IMG/VR virus record: IMGVR_UViG_2698536414_000003 | Reading direction: 5' to 3' (one strand) | DNA from: a virus | Lineage: Duplodnaviria; Heunggongvirae; Uroviricota; Caudoviricetes | DNA length: 12,007 nucleotides | Shown: one piece after another, positions 1-7,815 of the stretch | Numbering within the stretch: the first letter of the stretch is position 1 | Layout of the letters: each line of letters opens with the position of its first letter | The notes under the pieces: model-generated | Told to the model about the DNA's origin: nothing | The model's input: the letters and a program-made list of their open reading frames with translations, nothing else | Databases searched by the model: none | Translations under genes and position numbers: made by a program

Positions 1-45
1 CCAGCTCTGAGCCTCAAGACGATCCTGAATGTAATAAGCGTTCAT
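1..45 (-). CDS. N-terminal 15 codons of an early-left gene that continues leftward out of the window; possibly lambda Ea10-like
   Basis: Minus-strand ATG at 43-45 reads [15 protein letters not shown] and runs off the window edge. The Ea10 resemblance is from memory only. Confidence 0.35.
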   Translation of the reverse strand, partial: MNAYYIQDRLEAQSW

Positions 46-120
46 GGCTGAACTCCTGAAAATGGCTGTGAAAATATCGCCCGCGAAATGCCAGGCTGAT
101 TAGGAAAACAGGAAAGGGGA

Positions 121-411
121 TTAGTGATTCAGGCCGTTACCGCGTCCGTCGAGAAAAACTTCCACGAGCAAATCACGGGTATAAGTGCGCTCGATGCCGC
201 GATGCAGATAAAGCCGTCCGCGTAAATTAGCTGATGCAGTCCAGGTACCATCTTTGTGTTTGACCAGCATTCCTGGCATGACCGCACCTCGATTAACGGT
301 CTGCGTTCCATAATGTTGATGAACCATAAAAACTCCTGCCCGTAAGCTGGGCTGCTGAACATATAGAGACTTCTGCGCGTATTCAGGCGGTGGATGGCCG
401 CCGGTTGTCAT
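121..411 (-). CDS. Hypothetical 96-aa protein, first gene downstream of the predicted PL (the position N occupies in lambda)
   Basis: Longest minus-strand ORF between PL and the next gene, about 190 nt downstream of the predicted PL start. It is basic and Gly/His/Arg-rich but has no recognisable N-type arginine-rich motif. An overlapping alternative frame exists at 129-362. Confidence 0.4.
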   Translation of the reverse strand: MTTGGHPPPEYAQKSLYVQQPSLRAGVFMVHQHYGTQTVNRGAVMPGMLVKHKDGTWTASANLRGRLYLHRGIERTYTRDLLVEVFLDGRGNGLNH

Positions 412-599
412 AACTAAGCCGCCTCGTTGAAGCGACTAAGGTATGAAATGTTGAGTTAATTTCAGCTGGTCACACCGACGTTCACGCGTCCGTTTCACCC
501 CTCGCACTCCCCGAAGCCTGCTGAAATTCAAACTGCGGATCTAAGCGGTCATCGCAACGGTGAATCAGGTAGTTGCCGTATCGTTGTGTTGTTGCGATG

Positions 600-640
600 A
601 ACTTATTTAAAACTATAGTTGTTTTATCGTCAACAACAAA
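600..640 (-). promoter_or_regulatory. PL-like leftward promoter with overlapping operator (OL)
   Basis: On the minus strand: TTGACG (plus 628-633), a 17-nt spacer, then TTAAAT (plus 605-610). The spacer ATAAAACAACTATAGTT closely matches the PR spacer AAAAACAACCATAGTTT. Further GTTGTTTT/CAACAAC motifs lie at 616-660. Confidence 0.55.
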
Positions 641-773
641 AGTTGTTTTATTGGTTGTTTTAGATATAACTGGTTGTATTTAGGATGGATTTATTTTGTG
701 ACTTGCATCGCACAGCGATAACTGAAGCGAGGTCGTGGTGGTTTTTTGAACGGTTTGTGTGATGAGGGGAGGC

Positions 774-801
774 AAAAGAAAACCCGGCACGACGGCCGGG
801 G
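774..801 (-). terminator. Intrinsic terminator closing the repressor-cargo operon
   Basis: Minus-strand hairpin CCCGGCCGTCGTGCCGGG (plus 783-800) followed by TTTTCTTTT, immediately after the stop of the 805-1668 gene. Confidence 0.6.
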
Positions 802-804
802 AAA

Positions 805-1668
805 TCATTTCGCATCTACAATAAATAACCTGTTTATCTGGCCTTTTTTAACAGTAGCCTTTGCGGTTATAGTGAATACTGCAGATGGATCACCTTTGGT
901 TGATATATATGCACTAAGAGCTCTAATATACGGGTTATTCTTCTTTCCTGCAGCTGGATCGCTAATTTCAGCAGTGATTCTCTTTTTTGAGTCATCACCA
1001 TCTAAAATTATTTTAGCTGTCATATTTTGTGCATCAAATTCTGTAAGAAAAGCACGATACTCACGAAGACCGAGAACTTCATCATCATCAAGCCTATCAA
1101 TTTCAGCTTTATCTCTCTCGTTAACTTTTAGAAGGCAGCCGTCAACATTTGTTGCAACACTTATCTGATCGCAAGTATTACCAATAGGTGATACTGCCTG
1201 CCTTACAGAGGGGCGAAGCTCTACAGCCATTCGGTCAATCAAAGAGATCAACTTATCAATGGTTCCAGCATCCTTGTTTCCTAGTGCCTCTATGGCCTTT
1301 TCAAGTGACTGCTGCAAAGCTTTCATTTCATCTTTCTTGTTAGAATTTCTCGCAAAAATATATTGTAGTATTGCGCCAAGTATAGTTGCGGCGATCCCCG
1401 AGAACAACTGGTTCTGAGTGGCGAAGTTAAGAACTGCTTCAAGAGTAAAGCAGTTAGCTTTTGCTTCGCGTGCGTAAACCTTAACTTCCTGATAATTAAT
1501 GTATTTACTATATTTTTGTGTAACAGAGAAAGAAGCTGCTGTTGAGAGAACTTTAGAAAAACCCTTTAGGGATTCTCCTAGGCAGTTCAAATCTATTTCA
1601 TGATTTAAAGCATCTTTTCCGTCATACCTAAGAGAGATTTTTATATCCTGTAAAGCGTCACAATCCAT
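805..1668 (-). CDS. 287-aa hypothetical protein with one central transmembrane helix; immunity-region cargo at the rexAB-equivalent position; candidate exclusion/abortive-infection gene
   Basis: Clean ORF with a GAGAG Shine-Dalgarno 66 nt downstream of the repressor stop. The DNA is visibly more AT-rich than its flanks. Hydrophobic segment [18 protein letters not shown] at about residues 88-105 (plus 1354-1407). I recognise no family. Confidence 0.7.
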   Translation of the reverse strand: MDCDALQDIKISLRYDGKDALNHEIDLNCLGESLKGFSKVLSTAASFSVTQKYSKYINYQEVKVYAREAKANCFTLEAVLNFATQNQLFSGIAATILGAILQYIFARNSNKKDEMKALQQSLEKAIEALGNKDAGTIDKLISLIDRMAVELRPSVRQAVSPIGNTCDQISVATNVDGCLLKVNERDKAEIDRLDDDEVLGLREYRAFLTEFDAQNMTAKIILDGDDSKKRITAEISDPAAGKKNNPYIRALSAYISTKGDPSAVFTITAKATVKKGQINRLFIVDAK

Positions 1669-1734
1669 AAATCGCTCTCGTCTAATTCTAATTAAATTTA
1701 CTATCCCCTAAACGACTCATCAGCACAGTACTGA

Positions 1735-2424
1735 TTATCCATGTTTCCTGTACGTCTGGGGCATGCTCCCAATAACCTTACCGAAGATGAACACCCGGTT
1801 CATCTCGTCTTTCTCGATCGGGTCCCACGGTGAGTAGCTCTTGTTATCAGAGATAACCAGCAGCTTATCCTTCATCATTTGCAGGCGCTTTACATGGGCT
1901 GTGTCGTCGTACAGAAACGCATAGATACCATCACCGTCGAAAGATTTAACCGTGATATCAACGAACAGCAGATCACCTGGTTCGATCGTTCCTGACATGC
2001 TGTCACCACGCACGTTAATGATGCGGATATTTTCCGCCTTCCTACCATCGAACATGTGACGAGCATCGTCAAACGAGTACTCAACCGAGCGTAGAACTTC
2101 TACAAACTCACGGTTGATGACTCCCGGCCCAGCACTGACTTCTATATCAAGAACGTCAATCTTGAAGTATTTGGAATGGCTGACAGTTGATTGTATTGGT
2201 TGCACTGTACTGTCTGACATATTTCCAACGCCAGAAGATAACCATTCTGCGCGCACACCCAAAGCGTTCGCGATCTCCACGATTTTAGTTGTTTGATTAG
2301 CTTTCCCTGTTTCGATTTTCTGAATAGCAGCCTGGCTAACCCCGACCAAATCCCCAAGCGCCTTTTGTGTAAGGCCTCGCGCTAATCTGGCTTCTTTAAG
2401 TCTTTCTGAGAGTGTTGTTTTCAT
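1735..2424 (-). CDS. cI: CI-type repressor (N-terminal XRE helix-turn-helix, C-terminal S24 LexA-like autopeptidase)
   Basis: HTH segment LTQKALGDLVGVSQAAIQKIETGK; Ala-Gly cleavage site in VSAGPG; GDSM serine motif and HVKRL lysine. Start taken at the ATG at 2424 (MKTTLSERLKEA), which looks leaderless as in lambda PRM; the longer ORF to 2490 would run through the operator. Confidence 0.85.
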   Translation of the reverse strand: MKTTLSERLKEARLARGLTQKALGDLVGVSQAAIQKIETGKANQTTKIVEIANALGVRAEWLSSGVGNMSDSTVQPIQSTVSHSKYFKIDVLDIEVSAGPGVINREFVEVLRSVEYSFDDARHMFDGRKAENIRIINVRGDSMSGTIEPGDLLFVDITVKSFDGDGIYAFLYDDTAHVKRLQMMKDKLLVISDNKSYSPWDPIEKDEMNRVFIFGKVIGSMPQTYRKHG

Positions 2425-2510
2425 AGTCCAAATGTACAACCAAGGTTTTATTCCATCAAACGAAAATGGTTGTTGACTAAAAACAACCATAGTTTTAATC
2501 TTGATTCAAA
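2425..2510. promoter_or_regulatory. OR region with divergent PRM (leftward) and PR (rightward) and three operator-like sites
   Basis: PR: TTGACT 2473-2478, 17-nt spacer, TAATCT 2496-2501. PRM on the minus strand: TTGATG (plus 2455-2460) and TACATT (plus 2431-2436) six nt before the cI ATG. Inverted repeat ATGGTTGTT (2466-2474) / AACAACCAT (2482-2490), plus ACAACCAAGGTTTT at 2435-2448. Confidence 0.6.
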
Positions 2511-2528
2511 TTAACCACGGAGGTTGTT

Positions 2529-2759
2529 ATGAACCCAGCTATCAAAACAGCGATCAATATCGTTGGTTCACAAAAGAAACTGGGCGCTGCTTGCGAAGTT
2601 TCACAGCAGGCCGTCTATAAGTGGCTTCACAACAAAGCAAAGGTATCCCCTGAACATGTCGGCAGCATTGTTACGGCTACTGGTGGAGTAGTGAAGGCAT
2701 ACCAGATTCGCCCGGATCTTCCGAAGTTGTTTCCACACACCGAAAAGAACGCAGCTTAA
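2529..2759 (+). CDS. cro: Cro/YdaS-family HTH regulator (Cro analog)
   Basis: 76 aa, GGAGG Shine-Dalgarno at 2519-2523, divergent from the repressor. HTH-like segment KKLGAACEVSQQAVYKW and an RPDL motif as I recall for YdaS-type Cro proteins. Confidence 0.8.
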   Translation: MNPAIKTAINIVGSQKKLGAACEVSQQAVYKWLHNKAKVSPEHVGSIVTATGGVVKAYQIRPDLPKLFPHTEKNAA

Positions 2760-2771
2760 ATTTCCATTTCA

Positions 2772-2784
2772 CGCTCTTTAACAA
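2772..2784 (+). promoter_or_regulatory. boxA-like element (nutR candidate)
   Basis: CGCTCTTTAACAA between cro and the next gene matches the boxA consensus. No clear GC-rich boxB hairpin follows. Confidence 0.45.
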
Positions 2785-2828
2785 TAAGCAATCAACTTAA
2801 CAGTCAATTCAAACTAAAGGAGTCAATT

Positions 2829-3368
2829 ATGCAACCACTTACATACCAACAGACTAGCGGATTTAGCCCGACTGCGGTGATAAATCGTTCTCAAACAAAA
2901 CAGGTGCCAGGCCACGAAAAAATCCGTGATGCCGTCCGCGCCTGGTCGGCTGTAGATAATCAGGATGTCGTTGCCACACTCATTGTGAATGAGTATCGGG
3001 AGCAGGGCGGCGGCACCATCGATTTCCCTGATGATGTCAGCCGTGCACGCCAGAAGCTGTTCCGCTTCCTCGATAACAAATTCGATTCTGAAAAATACCG
3101 AAATAACGTGCGTGAACTGACCCCGGCAATTCTGGCGGTACTACCGCTGGAATATCGCGGTTACCTGGTTGAGCAGGATAGCTTCATGGCTAGGTTGGCT
3201 GAAATGGAAAAGGAACTCAGTGAGGCAAAACAGGCTGTCATTCTCAACGCACCACGCCACCAGAAACTGAAGGAAATTAGTGAAGGTATTGTGTCGATGT
3301 TTCGTGTGGACCCAGATCTGGCTGGTCCATTGATGGCGATGGTTACTACCATGCTGGGGGCGATATGA
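2829..3368 (+). CDS. YdaT-like protein at the cII position
   Basis: 179 aa with AAGGAG Shine-Dalgarno. Motifs EYREQGGG and LTPAILAVLP resemble what I recall of Rac YdaT, which follows YdaS. Family call is from memory. Confidence 0.5.
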   Translation: MQPLTYQQTSGFSPTAVINRSQTKQVPGHEKIRDAVRAWSAVDNQDVVATLIVNEYREQGGGTIDFPDDVSRARQKLFRFLDNKFDSEKYRNNVRELTPAILAVLPLEYRGYLVEQDSFMARLAEMEKELSEAKQAVILNAPRHQKLKEISEGIVSMFRVDPDLAGPLMAMVTTMLGAI

Positions 3369-3454
3369 CAGGTTCAGAAATGGCGAAAGCCGGTCTGCTG
3401 GAACAGAACCGACTTTCAGGTGCAAATCGTAACACACTCATTGCGGGAGGAATT

Positions 3455-4384
3455 ATGGCAAACACTGCTGAGATATTCAATTTTCCAGTGCCGGATGCGG
3501 CACAAAAGGAGCCGCGCGTGGCAGATCTCGATGATGGTTATACGCGCATTGCAAATGAGTTGCTGGAAGCTGTGATGCTGGCCGGATTAACACAGCACCA
3601 GCTTCTGGTCTTCCTAGCTGTCATGCGCAAAACATATGGCTTTAATAAAAAACTGGATTGGGTGAGCAACGAGCAACTGTCCGAATTGACCGGGATATTG
3701 CCGCACAAGTGTTCTGCTGCAAAAAGTGTTCTGGTAAAGCGTGGGATTCTTATTCAGAGCGGGCGGAATACCGGCATTAATAATGTGGTCAGTGAATGGT
3801 CAACATTACCCGAATCAGGTAAGAAAAATAAAGTTTACCTGAAAGAGGTAAATTTACCTGAATCAGGTAAAAAAAGTTTACCCAAATCAGGTAAAGACGT
3901 TTACCCGAATCAGGTAAACACAAAAGACAAACTAACAAAAGACAATATAAAACCTTTTTCGTCCGAGAATTCTGGCGAATCCTCTGACCAGCCAGAAAAC
4001 GACCTTCCTGTGGAGAAACCAGATGCTGCAATTCAGAGCGGCAGCAGGTGGGGGACAGCAGAAGACCTGACCGCCGCAGAGTGGATGTTTGACATGGTGA
4101 AGACCATCGCGCCATCAGCCAGAAAACCGAATTTTGCAGGGTGGGCTAACGATATCCGCCTGATGCGTGAACGTGACGGACGTAACCACCGCGACATGTG
4201 CGTGCTGTTCCGCTGGGCATGCCAGGACAACTTCTGGTCCGGTAACGTGCTAAGTCCGGCCAAACTCCGCGACAAGTGGACCCAACTCGAAATCAACCGT
4301 AACAAGCAACAGGCAGGCGTGACAGCTAGCAAACCAAAACTCGACCTGACAAACACAGACTGGATTTACGGGGTGGATCTATGA
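3455..4384 (+). CDS. O: Replication initiator O (lambda O-like, iteron-binding)
   Basis: GGGAGG Shine-Dalgarno then ATG at 3455; starts MANTAEIFNF...VADLDDGYTRIANELLEA, like lambda O (MTNTAKILNF...VADLDDGYARL). Ori iterons lie inside the gene; stop overlaps the P start (ATGA). Confidence 0.85.
   Translation: MANTAEIFNFPVPDAAQKEPRVADLDDGYTRIANELLEAVMLAGLTQHQLLVFLAVMRKTYGFNKKLDWVSNEQLSELTGILPHKCSAAKSVLVKRGILIQSGRNTGINNVVSEWSTLPESGKKNKVYLKEVNLPESGKKSLPKSGKDVYPNQVNTKDKLTKDNIKPFSSENSGESSDQPENDLPVEKPDAAIQSGSRWGTAEDLTAAEWMFDMVKTIAPSARKPNFAGWANDIRLMRERDGRNHRDMCVLFRWACQDNFWSGNVLSPAKLRDKWTQLEINRNKQQAGVTASKPKLDLTNTDWIYGVDL
3806..3958. repeat. Replication origin: five iterons plus an AT-rich tract inside O
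   Basis: TTACC(C/T)(G/A)AA(T/A)(C/G)AGGTAA copies at 3806-3822, 3835-3851, 3854-3870, 3878-3894 and 3901-3917, each with inverted ends, followed by an AT-rich stretch at 3918-3958. Confidence 0.8.
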
Positions 4385-5082
4385 AAAACATCGCCGCACA
4401 GATGATTAACTTTGACCGTGAGCAGATGCGTCGGATCGCCAACAACATGCCGGAACAGTATGACGAAAAGCCGCAGGTACAGCAGGTAGCGCAGATCATC
4501 AATGGTGTGTTCAGCCAGTTACTGGCAACTTTCCCGGCGAGCCTGGCTAACCGGGACCAGAACGAACTGAACGAAATCCGCCGCCAGTGGGTTCTGGCTT
4601 TCCGGGAAAACGGGATCACCACAATGGAACAGGTTAACGCAGGAATGCGCGTAGCCCGTCGGCAGAATCGACCATTCCTGCCATCACCCGGGCAGTTTGT
4701 TGCCTGGTGCCGGGAAGAAGCATCCGTTACCGCCGGGCTGCCAAACGCCAGCGAGCTGGTTGATATGGTTTACGAGTATTGCCGGAAACGTGGCCTGTAT
4801 CCGGATGCAGAGTCTTATCCGTGGAAATCAAACGCGCACTACTGGCTGGTTACCAACCTGTATCAGAACATGCGGGCCAATGCGCTGACTGATGCGGAAT
4901 TACGGCGCAAGGCTGCCGATGAACTGGCCTGTATGACAGCGCGAATTAACCGTGGTGAGGCGATACCTGAACCAGTAAAACAACTTCCTGTCATGGGCGG
5001 TAGACCTCTAAATCGTGCACAGGCTCTGGCGAAGATCGCAGAAATCAAAGCTAAGTTTGGGCTGAAAGGAGCAAGTGTATGA
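4381..5082 (+). CDS. P: Replication protein P (helicase loader), near-identical to lambda P
   Basis: 233 aa beginning MKNIAAQMINFDREQMRRIANNMPEQYDEKPQVQQVAQIINGVFSQLLATFPASLANRDQNE, matching lambda P as I recall it. Confidence 0.9.
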   Translation: MKNIAAQMINFDREQMRRIANNMPEQYDEKPQVQQVAQIINGVFSQLLATFPASLANRDQNELNEIRRQWVLAFRENGITTMEQVNAGMRVARRQNRPFLPSPGQFVAWCREEASVTAGLPNASELVDMVYEYCRKRGLYPDAESYPWKSNAHYWLVTNLYQNMRANALTDAELRRKAADELACMTARINRGEAIPEPVKQLPVMGGRPLNRAQALAKIAEIKAKFGLKGASV

Positions 5083-5372
5083 CGGGCAAAGAGGCAATTA
5101 TTTATTACCTGGGGACGCATAAGAGCTTCTGTGCGCAGGACGTTGCCGCGGTAACAGGCGCAACAGTAACCAGCATAAATCAGGCTGCGGCTAAAATGGC
5201 GCGGGCAGGAATCTTGGTCATTGATGGTAAGGTCTGGCGAACGGTGTATTACAGATTCGCTACCAGGGAAGAACGGGAAGGAAAGGTGAGCACTAACCTG
5301 ATTTTTAAGGAGTGTCGCCAGAGTGCCGCGATGAAGCGGGTGTTGATGGTTTGGGGGAGGGTAGGGGTATGA
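5079..5372 (+). CDS. ren: Ren protein
   Basis: 97 aa MTGKEAIIYYLGTHKSFCAQDVAAVTGATVTSINQAAAKMARAGILVIDGKVWRTVYYRFATREEREGK, matching lambda Ren; ATGA overlap with P. Confidence 0.85.
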   Translation: MTGKEAIIYYLGTHKSFCAQDVAAVTGATVTSINQAAAKMARAGILVIDGKVWRTVYYRFATREEREGKVSTNLIFKECRQSAAMKRVLMVWGRVGV

Positions 5373-5569
5373 GCATGATGGATTTCGCAGAAACTAAAAA
5401 GGCTATCGACGCCATCACAACCGACTGGTCTATCCGAGGACCGTATCACGAAGACGACGGGAAATATTACGCCTTGCTTCGTGGAGAGTGGGTTGGTGGC
5501 GGGTATATCGGAAAACGGAAAGCCCTTGATGCCATTCTCGAAAAGTTAATCCAGGAGGCCGCCCAATGA
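5369..5569 (+). CDS. Hypothetical 66-aa nin-region protein
   Basis: ATG overlaps the ren stop (ATGA at 5369-5372). The longer ORF from 5312 would lie inside ren. Confidence 0.5.
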   Translation: MSMMDFAETKKAIDAITTDWSIRGPYHEDDGKYYALLRGEWVGGGYIGKRKALDAILEKLIQEAAQ

Positions 5570-5778
5570 GCAACATCGACAAACCAATGACAAACCGTGA
5601 ACTGGTGGATGCCGCCATTGAATTGGCCGGAGAGTTTTATGCGATGCAGGGCTATTCGCATCGTCCTGGCTTCAAGTATTGGCAATCTCCGCACCCGCAT
5701 GAGCGCCTGTGCTTTGAAATGGTCTTGTGTGGCATTCGAAACCATTCGCGGCTCAGATGTAATGGACGCCGTATCTGA
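5566..5778 (+). CDS. Hypothetical 70-aa Cys/His-containing protein, possibly frameshifted near its 3' end
   Basis: ATGA overlap with the upstream gene. Its first 19 nt are identical to the start of the 5794 gene (MSNIDK). The +1 frame ORF 5597-5797 ends in an ATGA overlap with the 5794 start, suggesting the true C-terminus may be in that frame. Confidence 0.4.
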   Translation: MSNIDKPMTNRELVDAAIELAGEFYAMQGYSHRPGFKYWQSPHPHERLCFEMVLCGIRNHSRLRCNGRRI

Positions 5779-5793
5779 GTTGGAGGATGAAGA

Positions 5794-6207
5794 ATGAGCA
5801 ACATCGACAAACGCGCATTACGTGAAATCGCTGAGGCAGCAGTTGGTGCACATGAGCGCCTTAGTGTTATGCCGCCTGATGACATTTTCGATATCTCACT
5901 GGCAGAAGGAACTCAGCTTGATGCAGATATCACTGCCTTGAACGCGCTGAACTCCGTAGCCAACCCAGCCACAGTGCTGGCGCTGCTGGATGAGCTGGAA
6001 GCCAAAGACCAGAGGATTGCTGTGCTGACCGAATCGCTCAAGCAGACGGTTTCAGGATACAAATCCTGCCTGCGTACCGGACATGAGCGCATTCTTGACC
6101 TTGGCGGTGACTGTGACGCGCCAGAAGTGATGATTGCAGGCAATCCTGACATTCAGCAGGCGCAGAAGCTGATCGCCGCCGCATCCGGTAAAGGAGAGGC
6201 ATCATGA
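5794..6207 (+). CDS. Ead/Ea22-like family protein (tentative)
   Basis: 137 aa, GGAGGA Shine-Dalgarno. The LALLDELEAKDQRIAVL coiled-coil segment resembles what I recall of Ead/Ea22-like prophage proteins. Confidence 0.55.
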   Translation: MSNIDKRALREIAEAAVGAHERLSVMPPDDIFDISLAEGTQLDADITALNALNSVANPATVLALLDELEAKDQRIAVLTESLKQTVSGYKSCLRTGHERILDLGGDCDAPEVMIAGNPDIQQAQKLIAAASGKGEAS

Positions 6208-7010
6208 GCACTATTACCAAACAATGGCTGCAGCAGAAAATTGCCGACATGGAAGCAGCCAGAGATGAAATCCCGTTCGGTCTGGACGAAGGCGACAGCA
6301 ACACGCTGGCGGCACTGCGTATCGCGCTGGCATCGCTCGAAGCGGAGCCTGCCATTCACCGGTGGCGTCGTGTGACCTCTGAGCCATACGGCCCCTATCC
6401 TTGGCATTATGGTGATTTTATCGGCTTCTCAAAGCCCGTTGATGGGATTGAGGATGAGTATTTTTACTCCGCCCCGCCAGAGCCAGCCAATGCCGAAACC
6501 GTAGCCTGGATGTGGTCACACAGGAAACACCCGAGCGAAGTCACGCTTGTTCGCCCTGAAGATGATGAGAGAGCGGAGGGTGCTCACTGGTCTGGCTGGA
6601 GTTGTCAGGCGCTTTATGCAGCACCGCCAGTTCCGGTATCTGTGCCCACATTCGAGAAATGGTGTGAGTTGACTGAGCAGAAACCTGTCGGATGGGTGCG
6701 TGATGCTATGAAAGAAGCGTATGACGGATGCCGCGACGCCATGCTTCAGGGGGCCGAAAAAGCCGAGTCGCCCACCACCATGCAGACCGCGCCAGCCCTA
6801 GATTCTTCGCCAAAAATTTCCGAGTCGCCCGTCAGCAACTCTCCGGTGATTCCGGATGGTTGGGTGCTGGTTCCTAAGGAGCCAACTCCAGAAATGCGTG
6901 AGGCGTACCATCAGGCGCAGGAAGAGTGTGAAGATGGCGGTAGATTATGGAGCCCAGACCACCAATGGAAGGCCATGATCGCAGCAGCACCGCAGCAGGA
7001 GGCGAAGTGA
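6204..7010 (+). CDS. Hypothetical 268-aa acidic protein with a Pro/Ser-rich linker
   Basis: ATGA overlap with the upstream gene and AGGAGAGG Shine-Dalgarno. No family recognised. Confidence 0.6.
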   Translation: MSTITKQWLQQKIADMEAARDEIPFGLDEGDSNTLAALRIALASLEAEPAIHRWRRVTSEPYGPYPWHYGDFIGFSKPVDGIEDEYFYSAPPEPANAETVAWMWSHRKHPSEVTLVRPEDDERAEGAHWSGWSCQALYAAPPVPVSVPTFEKWCELTEQKPVGWVRDAMKEAYDGCRDAMLQGAEKAESPTTMQTAPALDSSPKISESPVSNSPVIPDGWVLVPKEPTPEMREAYHQAQEECEDGGRLWSPDHQWKAMIAAAPQQEAK

Positions 7011-7061
7011 TTATGTCGTGACAGCATAATTGCGATGTCAACGATAAGCAGAGGTTTGAAA

Positions 7062-7256
7062 ATGAAATCACAATCACCAGTGCAGCATGAAGTTAACATC
7101 GACGGCAAAGAGTATGTTGTCACAGTAGTCCAAACCGGCAAGTCAACGTGGAGGGCATGGGGAGATTCCTGGGGGCGCCATATAGTCGAAACAGGTTCTA
7201 GCGAACATAGCGCGCTTTCTCATTGGAAAGCAAAAGCTTTAGTTATGAATGGGTAG
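7062..7256 (+). CDS. Hypothetical 64-aa protein
   Basis: AGAGG Shine-Dalgarno 7 nt before the ATG at 7062. The earlier ATG at 7035 has no Shine-Dalgarno. Confidence 0.45.
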   Translation: MKSQSPVQHEVNIDGKEYVVTVVQTGKSTWRAWGDSWGRHIVETGSSEHSALSHWKAKALVMNG

Positions 7257-7285
7257 CGCGGAAACTTTGAAGGTATAATCCCCTC
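7250..7285 (+). promoter_or_regulatory. Candidate promoter for the 7306 gene
   Basis: Perfect -10 TATAAT at 7274-7279 about 27 nt before the ATG; the -35 is weak. Confidence 0.35.
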
Positions 7286-7305
7286 AAATAATCGAGAGGG
7301 TTTTT

Positions 7306-7815
7306 ATGTCTGGTTGGGATAACGGTATAGATGCAGTTTCTGCGATTGCAGCTATCGCATCTGCGGTAGCAACTTATTTAGCATGGCGATCCTCAGAAGC
7401 TAGCAGGGCCACATCCGAAAAAGCTTTGCAGTTGCAAGGAAAGCAGTATTTGTACGAGACATTAAAAGCTTGCGCTGAGAGAGCGAATTCATACTCAAAA
7501 GGAAAGAAAGGGGCTGACTGGAGCTTTCATGACGCAGCCAATATTGTTCGATGTTTGAACATGGCAATGGGGAGCATAATAAATTACTCAGATACCAACA
7601 ATCAGGATGCAATGAAAGGTCTGAAGCAATTCTTTATTAGCCAATTAAACATGGAGCTTTTTGAAGAGCTCAACTATGAGGTTGGGCCTGATGCCTTCTT
7701 TCACGGAGAGGAGCTAACCAGCATGACGAGCGATATTTACTCGCAGTGGTTAAACATTATTTCATTCTTTAACCTCATGATTGTCACAGATGATGACCTC
7801 GCCGATGAAACATAG
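7306..7815 (+). CDS. 169-aa hypothetical membrane protein (N-terminal transmembrane helix), low-GC cargo
   Basis: GAGGG Shine-Dalgarno. N-terminal hydrophobic helix IDAVSAIAAIASAVATYLAW. More AT-rich than neighbours and followed by a 187-bp non-coding gap. Confidence 0.65.
   Translation: MSGWDNGIDAVSAIAAIASAVATYLAWRSSEASRATSEKALQLQGKQYLYETLKACAERANSYSKGKKGADWSFHDAANIVRCLNMAMGSIINYSDTNNQDAMKGLKQFFISQLNMELFEELNYEVGPDAFFHGEELTSMTSDIYSQWLNIISFFNLMIVTDDDLADET

Noticed and set aside
746-1168. Plus-strand 140-aa ORF
   Set aside because: Antisense to the much longer minus-strand cargo gene, starts inside the terminator region, and has low-complexity composition.
2425-2490. Longer repressor ORF starting at 2490 (MVVFSQQ...)
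   Set aside because: The extension covers the operator/promoter region. The ATG at 2424 gives a standard-length CI with its helix-turn-helix at the N-terminus.
3365-3454. Upstream start for O at 3365
   Set aside because: The ATG at 3455 has a strong GGGAGG Shine-Dalgarno and gives an N-terminus like lambda O; the extension overlaps the preceding gene.
3806-3917. Regularly spaced 17-bp repeats that could look like a CRISPR array
   Set aside because: They are palindromic iterons inside the O gene, with irregular short spacers, followed by an AT-rich tract; this is the classic lambdoid origin layout.
3789-4622. Minus-strand ORFs of 98-108 aa antisense to O and P
   Set aside because: Antisense to strongly recognisable replication genes, with no Shine-Dalgarno support.
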